In this document: piece after piece, positions 43,429-54,951 of the stretch
Numbering within the stretch: the stretch's first letter is position 1
Layout: each line of letters begins with the position of its first letter
Assembly: GCA_965644265.1 (NCBI GenBank)
Contig: OZ286463.1
Location: 69,130,001-69,194,000 of the forward strand
Length of the DNA: 64,000 nucleotides
From: Glycera tridactyla
Lineage: Eukaryota
Direction: 5' to 3'
The notes under the pieces: generated by a model
What the model was told of the DNA's origin: nothing
Databases searched by the model: none
The model's input: only the letters and a program-made list of their open reading frames with translations
Position numbers and translations under genes: made by a program

Positions 43429-44156
43429 TCTGTTTTTCCATCATTATTCGAACCAGCCATTCATCAATAGTGGTCCATTTATCCATCCTTTCATTCATCC
43501 TGTGATTGGTCCGTTTCAGTATTTCAATTATCAGTTGATTCATCTTTCAATCAATCTTTTTCGATCGTTCACCCATGAATGTGATTTCTTCACATTCATC
43601 CATTCTTTCAGGTTATCAATTAATCAGTAGTTATCCATGGGTCAATACATTTCTTTCTCATTCAGCACCTCTACTCACCATTCTATTCATTCGGTTATTG
43701 AGTTTCTTTTGAACTAATCATTTTACAATCATCCCTAATTCTCAATTCATTCATTGCTTTTCCATCCGTTGGATCACTGAGAGTGTTTTTGTTGCAATGA
43801 GGGTCCGAAAAAGGTGCCAGCTGTGAGCATAACGGAATTAGGATGACAGAATTTATTTTGAGATATAACGAATCTTAGAAGTGTAATAGACCTCAAACAT
43901 TGTGCCATGATTGACATGGTGAGTTGGGCGAAGTCAGTATATTTCAATTAACTTCAATCTTGCGTGGATCAAACGGAGCCTACATGCGCCTGCATTCGCA
44001 TGACATAGATATCTTTGAAGCTCACCCGATCTCCTATAACATCAGCTGAAATTTCCCAAGGGACACCTTATTCTTGGAGGTGCAGTTTCTCCTCATTGTA
44101 AATTTGTAATGCTCTGAAATCTATATACAATGCTCAGCCGCATGAAGTGTCAGTCG

Positions 44157-44216
44157 TAACTCGTTAGATGTGGCATTAACTCGTTAGATGTGGCATTAAC
44201 TCTTTAGATGTGGCTC
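44157..44216. repeat. 20-bp tandem repeat x3 (TAACTCGTTAGATGTGGCAT)
   Basis: Direct reading. Confidence 0.9.
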
Positions 44217-47200
44217 GTGGTGTGCCACTACTGGCTCATTCTAGAGTACCATCCTTATGCTACGTTTACGTATACACTGATGCCAACAGATTTCCTAGCG
44301 GCGGCTTCCTGGCTATCCATTCATCTCTTGCCTGCCATCTAGCTGTAGATTGCCCGCTATTTGTACGTAGGCGGCCGTAGTAGCTGTGGGTATCCTTGCC
44401 GGAATCTGCCGTTGGTTGGTTTTCCCCTGTAGTGGGTCCCTTAATTGATCCAACAAAATATTGTCATGTTCAATCCGTATCATTCAATCACTTGGAAGTG
44501 TTTTTTGTTCCCTTTTGAAATAATACAATAGACTTCGGAATAGTATTTGATTTAGTCCTGTGCGAGATTGAAGAACATTATTCAATATTTATGCTTGATA
44601 TGGAACAATTTGTGTCATGTTGTAAAGAGAGTAAATTGGGTTTCAGCAGCTCATGCACGTCGATAGATTTATAAGTCTTTCGGAAATTCATGAAGATTTT
44701 CCTTCAAACATTTATCTCACTGGACACACAGTTATCTGGATCGAGACATGACTCGATACCCTGAGACAACCACCAAGCAGCCAGACGACTGATGCTCTCA
44801 CTCGAATCTGGTCGCGTGTATAGATCCATGGTGGAGCACCCAAGAATACATGTTTATTCAGGTAGGATGTAGCAGATTACAACGGGGAATATGTTTGATG
44901 TTAATCCGATGTGGCTCTCAAGCATACATCTCGCAATTTATTTGATTTGTATTGGTATCTGGGTGGATGAATCTGTTCGGACAACATGCACTGCCATTCT
45001 TCGTGAATATATGATACCAAACATGTATGAATAGGATAGTACTGCTTCGACCATATCTGTATGTTTTTATTTCCATGTAGAGCGGGATGATAGATGTCAA
45101 TGTCAAAGTCATTTGAATGAATCAACCCCATCACATGTGTCTTTCCTAGACTTGGTAAAGGAATGGCATACGGTGGGGTATCAGTGAAGCCTCAACCGAG
45201 TGCAATCGATGGGATATTGGACAGCCGTGGATCGTCCGATCCCACACTGGGACCATGGTGTCATGGCTATCAACACGGCAGACCAATCAAAAAATAAGTC
45301 GTTTCGAATTTACTTGCCACAAGCTGGCGGATCAATGTAGCTATTTTCAGTCATCTAAAGACCAACTGTGTTCACAGCAGTATGTTTTCATAATCATGGG
45401 GATGTTTGCCTTGATTTTTTGTCAAATCGGGCTGATGAATGGACAGCTGTGATATTTGGCATCAGTCGATCTCTCATCCCTCTGCTATTTAGCGAATTTA
45501 GCTTACATGATGGAGTGGGGTCATACTATTATTTGCCTGTAAAAAATGGAATGCATCGGTGAGAATCATGGAGATTAAATTTCTTTCACAATGAGATGAA
45601 GGAATATTCAAGATCAACGAAGTTGTGTGAAATTCATTGGTTCGAATGTCAGTCACCTACAACATTTTTCATGAGAAGAGCAAGATGAGCTAGAAAAAAT
45701 ATGGCTGATTATGAACAAATTTAATGCTGACCAATGTCAAGAAGCCTTCCAATAGCTTCTATTAATATGCACCCAGTGGGTGCTGGCGATACGAACTGGT
45801 CTCACAGAGTCATCTAGGAATAGAGAGGACATTGCATGGGTGAATATGATATGCATTGTCCGCAATGCTGACATAAGATTGACAGTACATCCACATAGGG
45901 AGTGGTATCACTAGATGTTCCATTCTAAGAGCAAGATGATGTAGTGAGCTGAAAATCCAGTCAGGCTCGAATTTCAGGTTTGGTTTAGTTTGATTTGCTT
46001 GACTGTTTTGACTCACCTCAGTCCAGTACCATTGTCAGAGCCTGCGGGCCTGATCTCCCCAGTGCTGCTGTAAGTTTTTCCATGAGTGACAGGTCAAATC
46101 TTGGCAAGGCGCACCCTCTGCCTGCGATTGAATTTTGAACATCCTCACATATGTTTGTATGTGTGTGTATGCTGTGGAAGGGTATTAGTATAACTGGTTT
46201 TTTTTGTAGTCAATTATTATAGTGCCACTGCTAACCTAGGACCTTTGTTTTCAGATTCCAGATAGGTGCCATAACCCATCCCTGACCGTGTGTAGCTCAT
46301 GCCTCTTTCCATGTTTTGAGGTCAATACTAGGGAGGCCAGACCACTTGGGTAGTCTGTGACTATTAGTGTAGTGTATGGTTCACACTTAATGGTACTCAC
46401 TGAATCCTCACATCCCAGCCGTGATCATCCATCCCACGACTAGCTGCAGCGGCAGCTGTTCTACATTTGAGTCAAGTGTGAAGATGTTACCACTACACCA
46501 TGCAGCTCCCTAGTCACGCACACGGATATATATGTAATAGGCTCATCTGTGTTACATGATGTGAGGACAGGCTTGTCAGAACTCACAGTCACTTCCATTC
46601 AACACGATTCCGATTCCCCGTCATGCACCAAGGTCAACGGCACGGCTTCTGCGTTGTAGGCGACAAGCGATTTATCTATGTCAAGCTAGTCTGATAGAAA
46701 CAATCGTTGATAAATTGATGGAGTGATGAATGATACTGTTGTATTTGGAAGTGAAGGTCAGCCGACACAGTCTCGTATCTTTCATCACCATGAAAAAGTA
46801 ATAGGATTCGAAGTGGCTATTCAATCAGCTTGCTTTTCTCCTCTTATCAGTACAACCCTGACTATATTGAGACTTCGAAGCATAATGCTCTGAAATAGGC
46901 AGTCCAGTCATCCAAATTACGCCGTTGCTTTTCAAGAACATATCAGGGAAACTTAAGGCTGGGTCTTTTACACTGGTACATAATTCTCAAATGAGATACG
47001 TGGAAAGAAAATCTTCTGCCAGTGTACTTGGGCAATGAACAGTCATTGCATCCATACGCCATTTACCCGAAACTAGATGAACGCATATAGCGTGAATACG
47101 CTATGTTGTATGGAGGAAAGGCGATAGAATTTGTTTGTGCAGGATTGCATATTATCCTGACCGCCACTGCTTTAGATATTTAGGTTATTACCATAGATGT

Positions 47201-48136
47201 TAGCCCCTCTCATTGTACACCTTCGAAGACAGCTCCAGTTGACACCATGCCAGAGGTACAATCCATTCTGTACAGGACAAATGTGCTATGGTGGCCTCAG
47301 GGCCTACTGCACGATATTATGCAGCCTTGATCGGTGAATTGGATCAAGGATATCAGGCTGCCTGTCGTCTTCTCAAGTCAGTGAGAGTAATCAAGATACC
47401 TGATCCTGAAACGAATTGTGAACATTTCAAGAAAAAAAGGCAAATTTGAAAAAAGGAAAAGTTCCGTGGTGCGAATAGCATGTCATATGACTCTATTATG
47501 ACTAATTGCATTGAATTTTCATATCTACCATCCATACTCATGACCTTCGAATGAGACCATCATTAAGTCGAAACCAATATATAACAGCCAACGTGAACCA
47601 CCTTATTTTGTGATTAGGATGGAGCCATCTATTGAACATCCAAATTTTATTGTCTATATTTCCGCATGTCTATCGACACTATCATCTATGGCCAGCTGAT
47701 TGGCCTTGATGGTGTGCTAGCCGGGGCTGAAGCTGACTCAGCAAATTGGCACAAGGGTGTCTCGAGAAGGATCAAGTAGTGAGGTATTCCATCACTCTTT
47801 GCTGCGTCATCAAAGCTCTAGCCATCTTCATCATTCTATCATCATCACCATCTCCATGATTGCTCTGGTTGGCATTACTGTTCTCATTGTCCTGCTTTTC
47901 TTCACCCTCACATAGATCAGTTATACTCAACCCCATGATGTTATCACAAATACCACGGACTGCAACGACATTGTTACTAAGCGACGCCCATTTCAGTGGA
48001 AACACAGACAGAGGGACTGCGGAAAACAAAAAACACAATCGTAATTTGCGGGTATTAGCGTATTCATGAACGTATTTCATTTGCTTCCAAAGCACCAGAA
48101 GTGGTATCATGGTCTCCTTTAATTGTGATCTCCGTT

Positions 48137-48960
48137 GGAGATCACTATGCTACCACCTCTCTGCTCGAAATGCTCCCTAACTTCGCCGATTCTGACTCTC
48201 GAGGCTAATATGATCAAAGGAATCTTGATCGGATCTGTGTAAAAGGATCGAATGATCTGATATAACACAATTTCTAGATGATTTATTGATCTGACGAACT
48301 ACAATTTGAGAAAATGTAGCGATCACGTAATAGGCATTTGTCTGTAGACTCGTTTTTGTGGCCGATTACCGAAGCACAGAGATACGGCTGCTCAGAGATG
48401 TGTAGCTGTGCACGAATGTGATATAATATGTGGGGGTGTAAAGTAGTCCTTCTTGTTCGCACCTCATAACCAGGTTCCATGGATCACTGCGCCGATTCAT
48501 GTATGTCTGTCTGTCTCTCTTTGGATTCCTCGACATACATTTGTCTTACCTTCACGTATAAATCTCGAAAAATCTGTGTTTTGGTGGATATGATTGTTTG
48601 TAGGGAAATAAAGTAGTGCTTCTTCTTTGCACCTCATTACCAGGTTTCATGGATCACTGCGCTGATTCATGAATGGAGTTGTAGACAGCATGTGTAAAAC
48701 CAGCCAATCAGAGATCAGCACTCAGGCAGAGGCGGAGAGCGCTAATGACGGCGANNNNNNNNNNNNNNNNNNNNNNNNNNNNNNNNNNNNNNNNNNNNNN
48801 NNNNNNNNNNNNNNNNNNNNNNNNNNNNNNNNNNNNNNNNNNNNNNNNNNNNNNNNNNNNNNNNNNNNNNNNNNNNNNNNNNNNNNNNNNNNNNNNNNNN
48901 NNNNNNNNNNNNNNNNNNNNNNNNNNNNNNNNNNNNNNNNTGCATGTGGGCGCTCTTGTT
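48137..48960 (+). repeat. Dispersed paralogous block, copy B, with an internal 62-bp direct duplication (48438 and 48610)
   Basis: See copy A. TAAAGTAGT.CTTCTT...GCACCTCAT.ACCAGGTT.CATGGATCACTGCGC.GATTCATG occurs twice, about 172 bp apart. Confidence 0.85.
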
Positions 48961-50444
48961 TTCACTGTGAGTGTGTGGAAATCTGATCTGGAACAGGATA
49001 TCGTCCATCACACGTGAGGGATCTGCATCCAGGTTAGAATTGGAATCATGTTCAGTTCTGCCACAGGCATGAATGCCACAACACCAACCAGAAGAGAAGC
49101 ATGGAGAGATCGATTGCTCAACATCTAATGATAAAGTGTAGAATATCATTCAATGAGTCCTGCTTATTGAGCACGCATGCTTATTTCCTACTTTCATTTT
49201 CTTTTTCATGTGCAAAGCTTTCATTTCTCGATTCTTGGAGTTCACNNNNNNNNNNNNNNNNNNNNNNNNNNNNNNNNNNNNNNNNNNNNNNNNNNNNNNN
49301 NNNNNNNNNNNNNNNNNNNNNNNNNNNNNNNNNNNNNNNNNNNNNNNNNNNNNNNNNNNNNNNNNNNNNNNNNNNNNNNNNNNNNNNNNNNNNNNNNNNN
49401 NNNNNNNNNNTGTATGTCTATCGGTGTGTCTTTTTTCTCTCAATGACTGTCCATCTCACTCTGCCCCTCTTTTATCTCATTCCGCCACGGAGCTGTCGAG
49501 ACAGTCAAATACCAGAAGCAGCATCATTTCACTTATTCGGTATTTTGAAAATGCAGGCACTGGTCTTCCTCCTGAGACCACAAAAAAATTCGAGGTCATC
49601 ATCAGACTCACTGAGCTTCTCCTCCATCTCTGTCATATTGACAGGTGTGGACAGTTTCAAAAAGTGGATAATGAGATGATCCTTATCAATGGCCCTCCTG
49701 ACTGAGAGTGGATCTCATAATCTCATGCTTTTCGCAATGCAGCTCTCGGTCTCTGTCTGTCTGTCTGTCTGTGTCTGTCTGTCTCTATATATGTATCAGT
49801 ATCTGTCTCTGTCTCTGTCTCTGTCTGTCCATCTTTTGGCAACGCTTCTACTCCTTTCCTTCCATGGGATATTTGCTGAGTGTACACTATGAACAGTTGG
49901 TGCAGTATTAAATATGTATTTATATACATAAAGCACTCGATCTTGCCAGCCCTATGCACACAGCCTCACCACTTCGTGCTGTTAATCGTCGTTTCTAGCC
50001 ATCTCACTTGGGTTGGGAGAGGACAGAACACATGAAGTGAGACAACAGCATATTCTCACCATTTTGTGTTGTAAGTCTCCATTTTGGCAATCAGATTTAG
50101 GCTGAGAGAGGAAAGAACACACGGAGTGAGAGACCTGCATACTCCACATCTTCATGCTGCAAATCTCCACTTTTGGCCTTCCCAGCTAGCCTGAGATAGG
50201 TTTTGCATCTTGCATATCTGATAGCAGAACTATTTGTGGCTTTCAGAATTTTGACTCTCCACACGAGAGTGAAGAAGGGTAGAAATTCATGACTGAAGGG
50301 AAAACGTCCTATATTATTTTTGCTGAAAAGTCAAGACAGAAACCCTTTGAAGAAATGTCCAACTTCGTGAGTAGATTACCCTTTGCTGTCTGAGTCTATG
50401 GAGTAGGTTAATTCACTCTGGTATCTTGCCTTTGATTCATCTAG

Positions 50445-50447
<3 letters not shown>

Positions 50448-50499
<52 letters not shown>
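50448..50499. repeat. (TA)n tract at the distal 3' flank of the PLE
   Basis: Direct reading. Confidence 0.97.
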
Positions 50500-50502
<3 letters not shown>

Positions 50503-51411
50503 GACGGCTTTCGTCGTTGTAATGTATCTGCGAGGGGCAGTGGAAGATATGGACCACCGAACTTCACCACGTTCTTCTGCGTTCCTCTGCAATCAATAGT
50601 TTGCTCATTAAAGTGTTGTGAAGTCCACTTCTCGTCTTCGTGTTTTCACTATGAACCACTAGCCATAGAATGTCACTATATCGTACACAAGCTCTAGAGT
50701 GTGGGGGTAGAGTGTCTAAAAAGTATAACACAACTCGCTCGAATGATGCTGTGACAAGCAGGCTGTTAAGCTCTACTAAGTGAGGTACTAGATCTTAGGA
50801 ATGTCGATGTTGTAGCCGTCTGTTCGGTAGTCCAGCCCCTTCCTTGCCGCTGGGATAACGTCTGATAGTGCCCGTATCGCAGTACCCCGATTTCTCGATT
50901 TTCTGGAGATTTTATAGTGAAGTGAGGTATGCCGTTTCTGAGCATTCTTTGGCCAATTCTGACGTATGCGTGGCGTGAGCCACATTGGTGACTTAAAAGG
51001 AGTCCGATATGATCGGAAGGTACATTCCTCACCGTCTGGGACCATTTTTGGATTCCTGGGACCCAGTGGTGCCGAGATATTGACCTACAAACCTACGTCA
51101 TCAGACTAATATAATTAGGTCAATTCTGACGTAGGATCGGTGATTTGGCCTATTCCATGCCTTGTATAGAATGTTCTTGACCAGTTTCCAAGAAATCCGG
51201 CGGTTCTGGCGCCTGTAGCTCGTATGAATAGCCGCTACTGCGCTCCGAACCTGGTACCCCCTCTAGGAAGTATTGGTCTATTAATATTTGCAGCATCAGA
51301 CTGGCCATGGGCTAAGCCGCGCTCAGTCTTTTGCCCGCTAGCTTTCGTTCCAATCGGACGTATGTATGCTAGCTCTCTCGGATTCATATATATCAAGTAA
51401 GTTGCTCCATG

Positions 51412-51437
51412 ATATATATACATATATATATATATAT
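51412..51437. repeat. (TA)n tract about 40 nt downstream (minus sense) of the predicted ribozyme cut
   Basis: Direct reading. Confidence 0.95.
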
Positions 51438-51461
51438 TGCGAAGACGTGGCAAGACGTCCG

Positions 51462-51740
51462 TCACTGGCCAATGGTAAGACTCGGAATGAAGTTTGAGTT
51501 CGTGCGACGTCATGACGTCACAATTGATGTCGAGTCATGTCGCTAGGTGACCCTGGTTTGTTATGGATGCACCAGGTGTCACCACAGCTACATGACCGCT
51601 CTATGACATCATAGCCATAGACAATGCCCATTGTTGTCTATTGCTTCCACTTCCCCTATTATGCTGAGGGGAGGTGGTATTCCGAGTTTCGGCTCTATGA
51701 GCCTCATCAGTTACCTGAAAAAAGGGTCCTATACCAGTAA
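51462..51740 (-). ncRNA. Type I hammerhead ribozyme with a 190-nt insert in loop III
   Basis: Minus strand: GGUAA(51715-11) CUGAUGA(51710-04) GGCUC-AUA-GAGCC(51703-51691) GAA ACUCGGAAU(51687-79) [190 nt] AUUCCGAGU(51488-80) C(51479) UUACC(51478-74). Catalytic core is perfect with a GUC triplet. Stem I is 5 bp plus distal UUACUGG/CCAGUGA, stem II 5 bp, stem III 9 bp. Confidence 0.9.
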
Positions 51741-52274
51741 ATCTTGCTTGATTTGTCGGTGATGGGTCCTCTCTATTTATTTCTCTCTACCCGAAGGGGC
51801 TATTTATTCAATAATCCATTCAGAGAAATTCTGTTTTTGTACCAATGCCCTATATGATGAAGGCACCCAGGGTAGTTGGGTAATCGGTATTTTGGTATAG
51901 AATTCAGGATTTCAATTAAGAAATTTCCGAGTTCTCTACCTCTCGTCCAAAGAAACATGTTCACTTGGGGAGTGATTGGATCCCTATTTGGGGACATCAT
52001 GACGTCTCAGAGGGGTTTTCTCAATCCCAAGTTATATCTTGGGTTTGTGAATCTAGAGCTGATATTGGCAAATGTTCCAAACAAGATCAAGCGGGAGCTC
52101 CTTGAAGATAAGGAATTATGTGACGAGGCAATGGGTGCGCCCGCTTGATCCAGTAAGGTCTTTTTGCAGGTGAGGATGTTATTTCACCCTCCTGGTACAA
52201 GTCTAGGTCCAATTAAATGGATATTTTGGATCTTTCAATGTACCTAATATCATTAGGGCTGCTCAGAAGCGATG

Positions 52275-54951
52275 TTATTTCTGATTTTGGCTCAAGGTGA
52301 TCTTCCCGTTTTCTCGATAGAAGCGCCAGTTTCGACAGCCTTTATCAAGTGGTGACCTATCCTTTGTGTTTAGGCCTAAAGGTAGCATTGTTCTCAGTCG
52401 ATGGATCCAGTTGAATTCGATCTGGAGCCTGAGTGTTATGCTGTGATCCTTTTTTGGATGGGCATAAATGAAATCTAAAACAGTCAATTTCATGTCTTTG
52501 AGTCCATGGTGGCCCTCTGAGAGAAAATGTCTGCTGACATCCTCTTTCAGATTTTTCCTGCCTATTGAGCCTGAGTGGGCGCCAAAACGTTCATGTAGAG
52601 TATTTCCTGTTTGACCTACATATTGTTTTGTGCAGATCTTACACGTTATGCAATAAATGAGGTTGCTACTCTGACATGTGACATTTGTTTTTGCCGAATA
52701 TTCTCTGCCTGTAACTGCACTGCTAATTCTCCCACTCTTGTCCAGTAGTGGGCAAAATTTGCATTTGATGTTTGAACATTTGTTCCGGTGCTGGCTACAA
52801 GGGTGCCTACCCTTTGACTCCTTAATTTGAGGTACTTTGGCTCTTACTAGGAGGTCCTTCAGACTTTGGGATCTTCTATAGCCAAAAATTAGTCGTGTTT
52901 CCGCGAGTAATTTTGTGGCTGCTGATCGTCTGAGGAGTTCCCAGCTTGATGTGACCAATTTTCTCAATTGGGTGCTGATTGGGTGGTATGTGGTGACCAA
53001 GAAAACCCTCTCATTGGGTTGATCAGTTTCCTTGAAATCATCCATCCTTTCCCTCATTTGATTCAAGAGGTCCTCCCTAGTTGAGCTACAGCTTTTTATG
53101 TAAGCTGAGCTCAAGGTTGATAGGGTGTAATTTCTCCTAAGAAAATGGCAAAACAATAAAGTGCTATGTTTCACGAAGTCCTGTTCTCGTGAACAAATCC
53201 TTTTAATTCTTAGGAGCTGACTGTAAGGTAGGCTGTTTTTGTTGTGGACTGGGTGAGATGAAGAATAATGTAGATATGTATGGCTGTCGGTGGGTTTGCT
53301 ATACACATCTGTCCAAAGTTCCCCTGACTCATCCAGATGGAGTGTTGTGTCCAGGAAGTTAACCCTCGAATGTGATGCCTCCAAAGTAAATTTAATTGTT
53401 TGGTGGCAATGATTCAGATGGTTTACAAACTCATTCAATTTATCTTCCCCATCGGTCCAGATGATCAAGATGTCATCTAGGAATCGTTTGTAAAAGAGTG
53501 GTTGAATGTGATAACTGTACACAAATTTCTCCTCAAAAGCGGCCATGAATATATTCGCCAAACTTGGTGCCACTCGAGTGCCCATCGCTGTCCCCCCAAT
53601 TTGTAGGTAGTTCTCTTCATTGAATTGGAAATTGTTACATTTGAGCGTAATTTCCAATAGTTTGCAGAGGGAACTATTTTTTGGGTTTGACGGGGTGTCT
53701 CTGAAATTGGTTAGGAATTGTCTCACACTTTCAATCCCTTCCTCGATAGGGATGTTGGTGTATAAACTGGTGACATCCATCGTTGCTAAGATGCTACCAG
53801 GTGGGACATTTTTCAATTTTTCAATTTCTAAGATAAAGTGGCTCGTGTCCTTCAGGTAGGATTTGATTGTTTTCATTCCTGGTTTCAGGAAGAAATCAAC
53901 AAATTCTGAAATCCTTTCTGTCGGGCACTCATTGGCAGACACTATAGGTCTGCCAGGGGGATTCACAAGTCTTTTATGGATCTTGGGTAGAAGGTAAAAT
54001 TGTGCTGTTCTCGGGTTTTCATTCAACAAATAGATGAGTGCTTTCGAGCCAATTTCACTTTTTCTGCTCAGATCCATTAGAATGTCCGTCACCTGCTTAT
54101 TGTAGGCTTCGGTGGGATTGTGGTCAAGCTTTTTGTAGAACTTTGTGTCTGCTAATTGCCTGTATCCCTCCTCCAAATAGGCTGATTTTGACATAATAAC
54201 TATGTTAGAGCCTTTGTCAGCCTTTTTGATTATTATATTTGGGTTTGATCTGAGTTCCTTGATGCCAATTCTTTCCTGTTTGGTGAGATTTTGCTTCAAG
54301 GGTGCATTAGATTTCATCTTCGCCAATTCAAGTTCATTGACGGCAATCATGGTGTCTAACATGACTGGATAGTTGTCAGGTAGCCACGTGGATTTTTCAG
54401 TGAATTGCACATGTTCAAATGGTCCCAAAAATAAATCATTATTGGATTGAGATGACTGTTGTGATCCCATTCTGAATGCAGCCCATGCTTCATTTTTATT
54501 GGTACCTTTTCCGAAATGCGATCTTAGTTTCATATTTCGGTGGTAGGTATCCAGGTCCCTACGTAGTTCCCCCATGTCTGGTTCACCCGGAGTTGGACAG
54601 AAAGTGAGTCCACGTTCGAGTAAAGTATGGTGGTGGTCCTGTAGGGTGAAGTCCGAGAGGTTGACTATGCCTTTCGATTCCTCCCTCAATGATTTTATAA
54701 AATGTGATAACCATACATTGAATAATTCATTGAAAGAAAATAAACACAGCTTTTTTAGAGAAACTGGGTTATATATTGAACGATTGGCAGCATCATTTTT
54801 AGAGACATGAGTGTCAGTGACAACGTTGCTGTTATTGTTACTGTTCAAAGGTTGTACTTGAGGGTCTAGACAACAAGAACATGAAGGATAGGTCTGACTC
54901 TCATTAGTACAAGCATTGTCTCTAGAAGACAGAGGTGTAGGGTCGTCAAAG
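52275..54951 (-). CDS. PLE ORF2: reverse transcriptase, Cys-rich linker, GIY-YIG endonuclease. The frame is open from 55034; the track start at 55019 is a GTG, not an ATG; probably entered by a +1 shift at about 54950
   Basis: IVNLS..LLERGLTFCPTP, KKADKG, FYLLPKIHK..PGRPIVS, MDVTSLYTNIP, GTAMGTRVAPSLANIFM, YKRFLDDI (catalytic), VNFLD, VYSKPTDSHTYLHYSSSHP; linker C..HRNKCSNIKCKFC; EN NLIYCITCKICTKQYVGQTGNTLHERFGAH...EFNWIHRLRTMLPLGLN. No internal stops. Confidence 0.97.

Noticed and set aside
46021-46068. GC-richer 48-bp segment bounded by AG and GTAAGT (possible micro-exon)
   Set aside because: Splice signals exist on both strands, and no partner exons or identifiable peptide were found.
51876-52148. 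90-aa plus-strand ORF antisense to the PLE 3' UTR
   Set aside because: Short, no motif, starts at a non-ATG codon.
54946-54948. Selenocysteine readthrough of the ORF1 UGA
   Set aside because: The zero frame hits UAG eight codons later and does not reach the RT; no SECIS-like AUGA/GA hairpin was seen in the 3' UTR.
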